From Octopus sinensis (Eukaryota), in NCBI RefSeq assembly GCF_006345805.1, contig NC_043004.1:45260001-45324000 (forward strand): a stretch of DNA of 64,000 bases, in the 5' to 3' direction. Every line of letters starts with the position of its first letter. Position 1 is the stretch's first letter. Positions 12,560 to 25,849 of this stretch are shown here, piece after piece. Both the position numbers and the translations under genes were made by a program. Under the pieces are notes generated by a model. It searched no databases, was not told the DNA's origin, and saw only the letters and a list, made by a program, of their open reading frames with translations.

Positions 12560-13974
12560 TATGAATATATTTAGGTAGATAGATTGATAGATTTAGATGC
12601 ATATATAGATATGTACACACACATATATACATACATATGTATAAGGAAACATATATATATATACATACAAATACGTGTACATACCGATTTACACCACTCT
12701 GTACACTCATACATACGCTTACACAAATCTCTGTCTACTCAAGCACGTATTTTTAAACATAGCTCTTGCAATTGCCTCTTGAACCAGCCGAAGGGCCTGC
12801 TACAGATTTCATGCCATTAGCAGCTAGTACTGGAATTAGCAGCTCGATTGCTGAACGTCACCTAAATGCATTAGCTTCTTTAAGGTGCTGTACCACCACC
12901 TAGGGACCTACCAACTGCCTTGCTTCATAGAAATGGAAATGGCTTACTTGCAAATAGCATGACGAACAAGTATTGGCACATACCAACATATATGTGTATG
13001 TGTGTTTGTGTGTGTGTGGGTGTGTATATGTGTGTGTTTATATATATATATATATGTATATATACACACACACACACACACATGTATATGTGTGGGTGTG
13101 TATATGTGTTTGTGTATATGTATATATATATACACATACACACACATATATATATATATACACACACACATTCATATGTATATATGTGTGCATGATGCAC
13201 ACACACACACACACATATTTTATATATATATTTGTAGATTTTATTTATTATTATTGTCGATGTTTATATCTCCAGGCGCTATTACCTACTTTACTTTATT
13301 CTGCAGGAAAAAAAAAAAAAGAGAAAGACGTTAAATCGACATCATTTAAATGTATCACAGTGTGATGTAATGTGTTGTGATGGGTCTAGTGATCGGTGAG
13401 GTGCAGGAGGTGGTGGACGGGCGTATGAATAAAAGTGTAAAGGTAAAAAGGAAGAATACTTCTCACGCTCCATCCTCTCCCAGTAAGAGGTGGTGTGAAT
13501 TATGATTTAACTAAAATCTTGCTCTTGGAGTTTCTGTTTTCATCACACCTCTGCTCAAACTCCACCACGCCATGCTTTTTTTTTTTTTTTGTTGTGTTTT
13601 GGCTATTTTTTTGTTGTTGTTGTTGTTTCTCTGTAAGCCTCATCCCCCTCCCCTTATAATTTGTAACTTGTCTTTGTAATATTCCCCGGGTTGTTAGAGC
13701 ATTGTAAAAAAACATGCTTTGTAGTATTTATTCCAGCTCTTTGCCTTCTTGTGTTTAAATACTGCCCAAGTCAACTCCGCTTTTATTAGTCTGCCATCAA
13801 TAAAACAAGGTACCACTCAAACACTGAGGTTCACTGCTATTTATTAACCTCTCCTCTCAAAAATCTTTTTGCCTTGGGCCTAAATTAGAAATGGTTATTG
13901 TTGTAAATAAGACATTGGAATCTGTATATTTGCTCTGTGTGTGTGTGTGTGTGTGTGCACACCATCACCTACAG

Positions 13975-14094
13975 TTTTCATATACTGAAGTTGAAAGTAT
14001 TGAGTTTTGGTTTGATGGCAGTGTTAAAGATTCTGGCTGCATGGATGATATGATGGCTAGTTGTATGATTGACAATACAATGGCACGGTTTAGA
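13975..14094 (+). CDS. Candidate 120-bp phase 0/0 exon (FSYTEVESIEFWFDGSVKDSGCMDDMMASCMIDNTMARFR); alternatively an old RTE remnant
   Basis: Acceptor catcacctacag, donor AGA|gtaatg, 40 open codons. Weak resemblance to the RTE segment after YLG lowers confidence. Confidence 0.2.
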
Positions 14095-14904
14095 GTAATG
14101 TAGGACTGATCAGATATGGGCTATGAGCATTTCACTTTTGCACTCACTACCTCTCTACTTAGTATTGCTGTGCCCTAACCAACTTGAATATTGGATATTA
14201 TCTCCACTAAACACACACACACACTCACACACATTCAAATATATGTGTGGAGGTGAATTAATATACTCACAGGAAGCTAGGAATTCTGTGATGAATCACG
14301 TATAGGAATTGTTGTTAGCTGATAATCATTGCCATTGTTGTCATCATCTCACTCGCATTGCTGTCTTCAACCATGATCTTCACTACTGTCATCATAATCA
14401 TCATCATCATCATAATAATCATCATACATTGCTGCCTTTAGCCATTATGATCATCACTATCTTTCATGTTGTCATCATCATTATTTATTGTCTCAATCAT
14501 CATCATCATCATCATCATCATTATTATCAGGATACTCGTATATCTGTCTCTATTATGTAGGCACCGCTGTAATCTGGTTATCATTGCCATCGACATCATT
14601 GTTATCGACATTATCATCACCATCATCGTTACCACTGTCATTGCCATCGCCTGCAGCAATGCCATTATCTTCAGAATTCTTCACCTCTTCATCATTCATG
14701 CCAAGCATGTTTCCTTCTTTGAGGTTAGTTTAACACTGTCAAAGTTTGACTGATCAAAACCTGATAAAGTCACACCCGTCAGCAACGACAAATACAGACA
14801 CCCAATTAAAAAAACAAGAAACAAAGCAACGTGATATCTCTCTCTTCTCTATGTATTAGGTCATTTGATCTGATGAAATAGCAGCTAAATATTCCTCATG
14901 TTTC

Positions 14905-15345
14905 TGTGGCTAAAAAGCTTACTTTGCACCTATATGGTTTCAAATTAAGTTCCACTGCATGATACCTTGAGCTATTGTCTTCTATTATAGCCTTGGGACA
15001 TCTAACGCCTTGTGAGTGAATTTTATGGAATGTGACTGTGTGGAAGCCTGCCTTAGATATGTGTGTTTGTATGTCTGTACATGTGTCTGTGTGTCATGCC
15101 CCCTCCACACCACACACACAACTTCACAACCCCAGTTGGTTTATGTCTATTACTTCGAGGTTCAGCAAAAGAGACTGACAGGATAAATAAATATCAGACT
15201 TAGAATATAAGTACCAGGTCGATTTGTTATGACTGAAACAATGAGTAGAAGATAAAAGATAAAAAGTAAAACAATATATGGAGTTAAATGAATCATCAAT
15301 AATGCGGTCTTAGAACTATGATGTATTGGATAAAAAGAATGGACA
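14905..15345 (+). mobile_element. Old tRNA-head SINE with CORE-like segment and internal (TG)n
   Basis: Diverged match to the reverse complement of the full-length copy at 60495-60913. Confidence 0.7.
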
Positions 15346-15900
15346 GTCACGGCTTGAATATTATTTCATTTTTATTCAGACATAGTATATCTAAGAATAC
15401 CACATTTAATGTGTCTTCTTTTTATTTTTAACGATAGGCTGTATGGTTAAGAATTTTGTTTTGCAAATACATTTGTAGGTTCGGTCCTACTGATTAAACC
15501 TTGTGAGAGGCTCTTCTATTACACCCTGGGCCAACCATTCTGGTCAGCAAGAACTGAAAGAAACGAGTCATTTGTGTTTCCTTTTCTGGACTTTACACAC
15601 AAATTGGAAACAAGTGTTACCATCATACAAGCATTGCCACTTGTCTGAAATCTTCTGTGAAAACATATTTGAAAGTCTTGAGGAAAAATTGCCTTGTTTG
15701 GAAACAGGTGAGGGTTGATGATATGAAGTGGATGTTGTTATTGTTGTTGCTTTTGCTGCTGAGGATGAGGAGAAGGAATATAGAGCTTGATTTGGAGGAA
15801 TTTTTTCCTTGTATTTCTAGCATCACTGGCTCAATCACATCACTGAAATGTCATAGCTACAGGTTAGTATGCAATAACTTCAAACCTATGCAAATAAATA

Positions 15901-17067
15901 TACTGAACTGCAAAAGAAATGCAATTTTTTCAAATATCATTTCTATGAAAATTTATTTTGGGGATGTAAGTAAATATTCCAAGGCATGCTGGTTTATGGC
16001 TGGGACCCTGATAACAGGTAACCTTTCAACTTTCCATGAAACAAGACGCCAAAACGTAGCTGTGTTGAATGCCATGGGTGGCAGTTGCAAACAATTGTCA
16101 TGGAAACTGAAATGCACTTGCATATTGTGGAGGTCATGGGTATAAAAATCAACTTGAACCGTGTTCCTGGCATTTGGAATTTGGATTTATCAGGTATGAC
16201 CCAATTGTCAGTAGTGCAGGGAGAACTAACTATTAGCTGATTGCAAACAGGGCAGCATGCCCTGGTTGATGTGAAAGCTTACAATGTCCATGTCAGCACC
16301 GTCTATTGCCCGCAACAGTGATACAATAACACCAGCAGCACTGCAGACTGTGCCTGCAGAGAGCACCTCCAGGAGACCACGCCCAGGCAGGAGCACTTCA
16401 TCCACTTGCAACACCTCCGTGATCGCTTCAAATTGACCAGCATGACCATTGGCACTGGACAGTAACCCATCAGTGACAACACGGTACGAGGTCAGCTGGC
16501 TGCCAACAACCTGTATTGCCATCGTCCTGCTTGACCTCACTGCCCACCACCATCAGGCATGATTATAGTGGGATACACAGCACTGACATTGACAGCATCA
16601 ATAATGGAGGTTGGTAGTCTTCTCTGACAAGAGCCAGTACTGCATTTCCACCTCGGATGGCAGAGTGAGGGTGTGACGTAGTAAGGGTGAATGCTACAAA
16701 GCACATGTGTCATGGAGAGAGACATGGGGTGGCCAAAGCATCATGATTTGGGGTGCTATAGGCCTGAATCAGAGAATTGGGCCTCGTGTTCCAAAATGTT
16801 GGTGCAGGCAGAAGGAATGGCATCACAGCGCAGCACTGTTTTAACCAGATCCTAAGGCCTCGCAATGTGCCCTTCTTCATGCGTCATCACCATAGCCATG
16901 TGTTCCAGCAGGACACTGTTCCCTCACACACGGCCAAAGTCACCATGGACTTCCTGCATCAGCACAACCTCAGAACCATGCCGTGGCCGGCTCTCAGTCT
17001 GGATTTGAACCCAATTACACATATTTCACAGCCACACACGTCTTGCGTTTCTTTTCCTGGTTCAATG
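15901..17067 (+). mobile_element. Tc1/mariner (Tc1-type) DNA transposon, internally deleted, transposase pseudogenised
   Basis: Left TIR TACTGAACTGCAAAAGAAATGCAA; right TIR (reverse complement) CATTGAACCAGGAAAAGAAACGCAA. TA at 15899-15900 and 17068-17069. Confidence 0.9.
16196..17020 (+). pseudogene. Tc1-family DDE transposase pseudogene
   Basis: With stops and frameshifts it reads MTQLS..LQTG..NVHVSTV..TTPRQEHFIHLQHLRDRF..ISDNTVR.QLAANNL..RPA, then VVFSDKS (D1, 16626), WGGQSIMIWGAI, GITAQ..QILRP, VFQQDT (D2, 16912), HTAKVTMDFL, PWPALSLDLNPI. Truncated at the catalytic E. Confidence 0.92.
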
Positions 17068-18519
17068 TAAGCGTTACATTTAACACAGTCATATTTTATC
17101 CTTTAGCATTCAGATTACTATGTTGTTAGGGCAGGGTGAAGGAGACTGAGGACTGATGGAAGAAATAATGATGCAGAAGTGAAATATTGATGAAAATTTC
17201 AAGATGTATAAACATAACCAACATGATACCTGCTTGAAAAATCTAGCATGAATTCCAAGTCTAACACATTACCTACTGCACTCCCAAATGCCAATGAAGC
17301 AGCCTATGGTCTTTTAGTCGGCTTGAAATAGCTAACAAATTTCCCTCAGATTATACTTTGCTATCTTTACTAAGATGACTGCAGGACACATTTAACCAAT
17401 ATGGTCTAGATACACATTGTTTGAAATGTAAAAATATCAAAATTGTAAAACCTTATCTTGCATCTGTTTGATCACTGCTGACCTAAGGTTAAATAACAAA
17501 ACGGCTATGGATAAATCCATTGATGCTATTGCTGATAAAGACAATGATGAGTCTGTATGATGCTGCTGTTGTTATTGTTTGCCCTATGTGTGTCTTGATT
17601 CAGTTGACCTGTGATCAAAAGCATTCCACCCATTAACCGCCTATCTTCTCCTTATATATTCATGGAACCTAGAGCTGTATCATCAAATGTGTCTTTCTCT
17701 GAGACAATATGATATGATTTGAAGGTGATTTAGCTACTTTTTCTAATCAGTTGAATATCCAGATAGAGGTTCTCAACAAGATATATTTGAGTATTGTGTG
17801 TGTGTGTGTGTGTGTCTGTCTGATTTTATCTGTATATTTACCTTAATTGCAAACAAACCATTCTATGAAATATATATATATATATATATATAAAGAAATT
17901 CAATAAATAGATTTTATATTTTTCTTCTATCTTAGATTATCTAAATAAATCTGTTGTATCTGAAATAAAAATAAAAGCAAGCAAACACCAACAAAAGCAA
18001 CAAAAAAAATGAACAGAATAAACCAAATAATAAGTAAATCATTGAAATTACCATAACCACTACCACCACCACCACTGCTGCTCACATACCCAACCAATGT
18101 ACCCTCCTAATTGATAATCAAACTACAGACTGCAGAATATATGGTTCAATAAATAGATATCTTGTGTCTTTTTCGTTTGTTTGTTCCATTTTTGTTTCTT
18201 CCTCTGGTGTTTTCTAAAGAAATCTAGGCCATCCTTTCTGTAAGATAATTTATAGGGCTTTTTTTTCTCAGTTCTCTATATGTGTGTGTGTGTATATATG
18301 ACTGTGTGTATGTATAAGTGTGTGGGTGTGTATAAGTGTGTGTGTGTGTGTGTGTCCTTGCTATCATGTTTTGTCTTTTTAAATAAGTATCTGGAAGTTT
18401 CTACATCAGCATTTTGTCCTGCATAACACTAAAACTTAACATACATATACACTCACAAATATTTTATAGACATATATCCATTAGAGGAGGTTCATACACG
18501 TGTATATGCACACTGATAT

Positions 18520-18540
18520 GCTTGTGTGTGTGTGTGTATA

Positions 18541-18613
<73 letters not shown>

Positions 18614-18690
18614 GTATGTATATATATATGTATGTATGTATTTTTTTATGTATGTATGTATGTATTTTTTTATGTATGTATGTAAGTAAC
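18520..18690. repeat. (TA)n/(TATG)n microsatellite
   Basis: Direct reading. Confidence 0.95.
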
Positions 18691-20486
18691 TGTCTACATG
18701 TGTACTCGCATGTATATTTATGAATATATGTATGTCATAAACACTCATAAAACTGTAAATTCATATTCTCATGGGCATATGCAAGCCTAAGTATCCACAA
18801 AGGAATAAAACATGTGCATGCATACACTTGAATACACACATATACACACATGCACCCATGTATATATATGCTCGCATATATATATACAAATGCACAAATA
18901 CACGTGCACACACACATTTGCACAAATGCATATGACACAAGTATATGAACAAGCACTTCAATTTACACCCACAACACTCTCTTTCCCTAAAACTCTAACA
19001 TACACACATGCACATGTATTTAAATACATTCTTCAATTATATACACACTTGCACTCACACACCGAAATGGAAGATTTGCTCAGAAAATGCTGACTTGCAC
19101 ACACATACTTATACACATGGAAACAAAAACACATGCACGTGCATACGCTTATTTTAACGTAACTACAAAAACAGGCACATGAGCACACACGCATGTGCAC
19201 ATACACACACACACACAACACACACACACACACATACACACACACATACATGCATCTATGAGTTGAAGGAAAACAAATATAAATCTGCCGTGAAAACAAA
19301 ACACGAACAATAAACATATAAACATGATTTTATTTATGAATACACTTAGTACAAAAACAGGAAGTAAAAGCACACCCACACACACACAAAAATCAACCAC
19401 ACACACATATAGATGCTCACGCAAACACACACATACATCTGTAGTGTTGAATATATTAATTTATTGAATGAGCTTAACATGTCTATTGATAGTAGAAATA
19501 AAAGCTGTTCAGCAGAACAACAATGGTAATATGGTTATAGGGAAAAACTGTTGCTCTGGACATATGGATTGAAGTGGGTGTATACATACATGCACATATA
19601 CGCATACACTAGTGGAAGGATATGGTACTCAATACGTAACATAGAGTCAGTTACAATAATAACAACAGTGGAAGAAGTGGGTTTTCAACGGTTGTTTATT
19701 CCAAAACTATTATACATACATGATGGCTGCAACACAGTTTCAAGTAATACTATTGCTTACTCATTTACTCATTTACTGGTTTCAGTCATTTGATTGTGGC
19801 CATGCTGGAGCACCGCCTTTAGTCGAGGAAATCGCCCCCAGGACTTATTCTTTGCTGAACCACTAAGTTACGGAGACGTAAACACACCAGCATCGGTTGT
19901 CAAGTGGTGTTGGTGGGGAGGAGGTGATGCTTGTTAACAACTGTAATGTGCCAAGACAAGAATATATACATGGACATGCATATATCATCATCATCGTTTA
20001 ACACACATTTCACATGCTGGCATTGGTTAGACAGTTTGACAGGAACTGGCCAGCCAGAAGAGCTGTCCAGACTCTAAATTGTCTGTTGTGACATGGTTTC
20101 TACATCTTGATGCCCTTCCTAATATCAACCTCTTTACTGAGTCTGCTTGGTGCCTTTTTCATGCCCCTGGCATGGATGCCTTTACTTAGTATCAACCCAA
20201 GTGCATTCTATGTGATGTCAGCAACTGTAAAGTATGAGTCCGCATGTATAGATGGCAGCGATTTTACATGGCTTGATGCATCTTATTGTTACGATGTGGG
20301 TATACACATCTGATGTAAAATGGCATTACACAGGTAATTAGTTGGTTGTGGTTATCTAGAAATAACCTATCACAGAAATGTATGTTAACGCAGAATGCTT
20401 TCCATACTACTCAAACATAGGTATGATACTGATACTCAGCAGTCACTGTTCAACTACTGACGGTTAAACCAACTCATATCGCACAA

Positions 20487-20681
20487 ACATGGTCGATCTA
20501 ATACGCGTCAACTACTCTCCTGACAGTTCACTTAGTTCTTATTTATTGTAATTGGTTAGTCCACATTCAGTCATGTGGGAGCATTCAGGATACTCCCATA
20601 ACATTTAGATATCACACATATCTAAATAAGAACTAAGTGAACTGTCAGGAGAGTAGTTGACGCGTGTTAGATCGACCATGT
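20487..20681. mobile_element. 195-bp MITE-like inverted repeat with 59-bp arms
   Basis: 20487-20545 is the reverse complement of 20623-20681 with a single mismatch. Sits against a (TG)n tract. Confidence 0.75.
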
Positions 20682-20904
20682 GTGTGTGTGTTGAGCTTCT
20701 TTCTGCTTCCATCTACTAAATCTATCAAGGTTTTGGTTGGATCAGCTCTGTAATAGAAGATACTTGCCAAGGATGCAACATAGTGGAACTGAACATGAGA
20801 CTGCATGGTTGGGAAGCAAGCTTCTCAAGCAGCACCTATGTATATGTGGGTATATACAGGAGTAGTTGTAAGGCCCTGAGAGCTACACAGATTGATGTAT
20901 GCAT

Positions 20905-21455
20905 CATCATCATCATCATCATCGTTTAACGTCCGCTTTCCATGCTAGCATGGGTTGGACGTATGACTGAGGGCTGGTGAACCAGATGGCTGCACCAGGC
21001 TTCAATCTTGATCTGGCAGAGTTTCTACAGCTGGAATTCCTTCCTAACGCCAACCACTCCAAGAGTGTAGTGGGTGCTTTTACGTGCCACTGGCACGGGG
21101 CCAGTCAGGCGACACTGGCAACGACCTCACTCAAATATTTTACACATGCCACCGGCGCGGGTGCCAGTAAGGCGATGCTGGTAACAATCATGCTCGAATG
21201 GTGTTTTTTACGTGCCACCGGCATGGAGGCCAGATGGCCGCTCTGGCAATGATCACGCTCGGATGGTGCTCTTAATACCCTACTTGCTCGGGGCTCGCAT
21301 GCCAGTAGTGCGACGTTGGTAACGATCACGCTCGAATGGTGCCTTTTAAGTGCCACTGGCATGGAAGCTGGTTAGCCGCTCTGTCAATGATCACACTCGT
21401 ATGGTGCTCTTTGCATCCCGCTAGCACGGACGCCAGTCATCGAAATTGATTTTGA
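20905..21455 (-). mobile_element. Long SINE-like element with internal ~58-bp degenerate tandem units and (ATG)n tail
   Basis: Repeated TTTTACGTGCCACCGGCA.../ACGATCACGCTCGAATGGTG units. 3' part shared with copies at 27310, 28905, 38700, 46104, 49290 and 54385. Confidence 0.85.
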
Positions 21456-22744
21456 TTTTTGATATTACTAAATATTTAAATGTAGGCACATGGATATGTA
21501 AATGTGTAGATAGAGTAACATTAATCAGATAATGTATTTGCATTGTAAAATGATGTGTGTGTGTGTGTGTCTGCCTGTACAATTGTACAGTCAAGTGTGT
21601 GTGTTTATAAATAGTAGGTACACAAAAAGTTGATGTCTAAGCAGATAGAAAGATAGATATACTTAGATTAACACATATATAAAGTGATGCATAACTGGAT
21701 AGTCAGGTGTATAAATGTGTAATTATGGAGATAGAGAGAGAAGTAGATACATACATGGCAGAAAACTTTGATGAATAGATAGATGGACTTGTGAACAGTC
21801 AGATAAATATCTTGTTAGCTGATAGCTAGATAGATAGATTGTTTTCTAAGACAGTAGATAAATATACAACCTGATACATAAGGCAAAGTAGATAGTGAAA
21901 GGAATATGTATAATTGACTGATTAGATATAGTCATCTTGATAGATGTATAGGGTTGGAAGAGAGACTGACCGGCTACAAGGGAGGAGAGGAGAACCATAG
22001 TAGAGATCATTATCATCCATCATTAGGATGTTTGTTTACAAGAAATCTAAGCTTAGTACAATAAACAATTAAGAAATGCAAACCTGTGTTAAACCTAACC
22101 CTACCAGCAATGATGATGCATTTGCCAGCATGTGTACATACATGTGTTCATACACACAAACACACACACACATGCACACACATATTTATACACACATAGG
22201 AGTGTAAAGAGAGTAGGTGAATCTTCAGTAGCAGCAGCAGTGTCACAAACTGTATGAATATCAATACAACACACAACAAACAATAAAGCAACAATATCAA
22301 CATTAATAACAACCATCACCTTGAGAAGAAAAAAAAACAAAACAAAAGCAAAAGCAAAAAAACATAATGCAACTGAAACTAAATAGATAGATAAGTAAAT
22401 AAATAAAGTTAAATGAAAGAAAGGAAGGAGGAGTGAATGAATGGAGAAGATTAAAGTAAGACAGTAAAAAAAAAAAAGAAGTTGAAGCTAGTGAAGAAGA
22501 GCAAAGTGAAAGTAAATTCAACAATGTATTATTGTGTGTTAAAAAGCATTTGTTAAGTTGGACCATTTTCAACTCACTGACAGGAGAGTGGTTTTAGGCA
22601 AATGATTGCAATGAAAGATGTAATCAATATTAAAAGCTTTTTCCATTTGGACTCTTTGTTTAAAAAAAAAAAAAGCTACAAGTAAAAGAAAAAAAAAATA
22701 ATATAAAAGCAGTTAAAAGACAAGAAAAAGAAATGTTAGTCTGC

Positions 22745-22759
22745 ATACATGCGTGTATG

Positions 22760-22850
<91 letters not shown>

Positions 22851-22954
22851 GAGTGTGTATATATATATATATATTATATATATATATGAGTGTGTGTATA
22901 TATATATATATGAGTGTGTGTGTGTGTATATATATATGTATATATATATATATG

Positions 22955-23005
<51 letters not shown>
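22745..23005. repeat. Compound microsatellite with higher-order GA(GT)n(AT)n units
   Basis: Four GAGTGTG.. restarts at about 22851, 22889, 22913 and 22954 inside (TA)n. Confidence 0.9.
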
Positions 23006-23007
<2 letters not shown>

Positions 23008-23302
23008 CACACAGATATGCATACCTACTATGCACACAAATATGCACACATGCACATTCCTGTATAAACACATGTAAATTAATACATAGATAAAAACGTA
23101 CATATGTGTGTGAATATGTGCGATGAACATTTTTTACACAAGAAATACACTGAAGAATTTTTGTCTGTACCTGTGTGTACATGTTTGTAGGAACATGCAA
23201 ACATGTGGATGTATATCTGTACATGTATGTGTAAGCATACGTGCACAGATATATACACTCTTTGTCACAGTAGAAATTACTATCCTTGAAAGTATGTTCT
23301 TA

Positions 23303-23336
<34 letters not shown>

Positions 23337-23844
23337 ATCTATCTATATCTCTATCTCTATCTCTCTCTATCTATATCTCTATCTCTCTCTCTCTCTTTCT
23401 CTCATGTAATTCTGCAACATTGTCTATTACTAGGCACAGGCTCACATGCACACATATGCATATACACCCATGCACACTAATTAAATTACTAATCTCCTCA
23501 TAAAAAAAAATGGTATAAAAAATAATCTATTCTGTAGTTTGTTGGTTTTAGATCTTCCACCACTTACAAAGGATTATGTTCAGAGCAATTAAGGTGCTTT
23601 GTGTAGAAAGGCGATATGGGTTGGGGGGGGGGTGATGTTTGTGTATATATTGATGTATATATGCACATACATGTGTATGTGCACATATGTGTAATTTTGT
23701 TTCTATTATGGCAATAGATACATGAAAAAGAAAAAGGAGATATTTCATGTATTCATATATGTCATATTGATCCTCTGCTGCTGCTGCTGCTGCTGCTACT
23801 ACTACTACTACTACTCCTACTACTACTACTACTACTGTCTTTCT

Positions 23845-24470
23845 GAGTTCAGACTCTACCAAGGTCAACTTTGTCTTTTATCCTTTTGGGGTTGATAAGT
23901 GAAGTAATTGTCAAGTACTGGGGTTCATTGTAGCGATTAACACCCATTTAATTAAAACTGCTGGATTTGTACCCTGCCAGGGTCAACTTTGCCTTCCATC
24001 CTTTTGAGGGTCAATAGCATAAGTACCAGTTGAGCACTGGAATTGACTCCTGAACTTGCTGGCCTTGTTCCAAAATTTGAAACCATTATTCTTACACCTA
24101 TTATTATTCCACTCAGGTCGACTTTGCCTTTCATCCCTTCTGAGTCAATAAGATGACTACCAGTCAAGCAGTGGAGCTGATGTAATCAACTAACTGTTTC
24201 CCTGAAAATTGCTGGCCTTGTGCCAAGATTCGAAGCCCTTATTTGAAAGTGGTAAGCTGACAGAATCATTAACAGTCTGGGAAAAATGCTTAGCTACAGT
24301 TTGTCCATCATTACATTCTGAGTTCAAATTCTGCTGAGATTGACTTTGCGTTTCTTCCTTTTGTAGTCAGGTACCAGTTGAAAATGGGATCATTGTTATT
24401 AACTGTCCTCTCTCCTAAATTTTGAGGCCTGGTGCCTTTAATAGAAAGGATCATTATTATTATTATTATT
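23845..24470 (+). mobile_element. Cluster of four head-to-tail fragments of the GGCGAGCTGGCAGAATC.../GTCGACTTTGCCTTTCATCC SINE family
   Basis: The motif GGTCAACTTTGCCTTTCATCC recurs at about 23854, 23981, 24116 and 24340, all in the same orientation. Confidence 0.8.
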
Positions 24471-24702
24471 ATTCAAAAGACATAAAGAAAATGAAGCAAA
24501 GAAAACCACAGAGAACAAGCAGCACAATCGCCTTTACACATGTAAATAATTATTGCTAAACATACGTGGTACAATATAGATGCATAAAATCTCCAAATTC
24601 TTTATTTTGGACTCAGTCCATGGTTTCAAGAGTTGTTATAAGGGAAATCTAAGCAAGCTGATATAGAAGTAGTGATGTAGGTAAACATAATTAGACATGA
24701 CA

Positions 24703-24767
<65 letters not shown>

Positions 24768-24773
24768 TACAAA

Positions 24774-24819
<46 letters not shown>

Positions 24820-25849
24820 AATATAAATACTTGTAACTGCATATATTCATAAAATAAACATATATATTCTCTTCATCATATTCTGTATTTTATCTCCTCT
24901 ATATAAATAGATTTGTGTGTGTATATATATATACATGCATACATACATACATACTTGCGTGCATACATGTGATGTATGTATGAATGCATGCATATTTGAG
25001 TGTATGTTATGCCTAATTGTGTTTATGTACATCTTTCTTTCTCTCTCTCTCTAAATATATATATATATACATATGTATATATATATATATATTTTTTTTT
25101 TATTTATTTACTTTATCTCATTGTGTAATGTCTCTTATTCCTCCTTTCTGCTTAAACTAGATGTAAATTTTATCTGTTGCTTATTAATTGTTCATTTCTT
25201 TTAATCCTTATGCCAATGAAATAAATGATTATCATTATTTTTTTCCCAATATTCTATATGCTGTTGTTTATATTTCTATCCACTTTGAATTCAACTGTTA
25301 AAAACGATTAATTTCATATCTCTTGAAATTACTAAAACTCTTATGCTGTAAACAACACACAATTCTCACTAGTGAGAACAAAGCTTTTAAAATGTATGGT
25401 GAAAGTTCGAAGTGTTGCTTGAATATAATGGTAGCACATCTGTTACGTTCATAGATGTGTGTTTAAATACCATGAGGAACCTTGAATTGGTTTTTCTTTT
25501 TTCAAAGGGTTTTTGAACCCAATATTCTGCAGGCTGTTATTTGTAGTTTTATCTACTTCAAGTTCCACCATCAAAAAGTTCAAGGTTGATAAGCCAAGTA
25601 TCTGTCAAATACTGTGGGTGATGGTAGTGTCTAACCCCAATTCATTAAAACTGCTGGTTTTGTACCCCGCCAGGGTCAACTTTGCTTTCCATCCTTTTGG
25701 GGGTTGGTAACATAAGTAGGAATTGAGCACTGTGGGTCAGTGTAATTGACTTACCGCCTCCCCTGAACTTGCTGGGCTTGTGCTATAATTTGAAACCATT
25801 GTATGGGTGGGTAGATATAGAAGATGTGTGTATGTTGAGATAAAACAGA

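Noticed and set aside
15657-16145. 162-aa ORF
   Set aside because: It runs across a SINE remnant, a (TTG)n tract and the non-coding 5' part of the Tc1 element.
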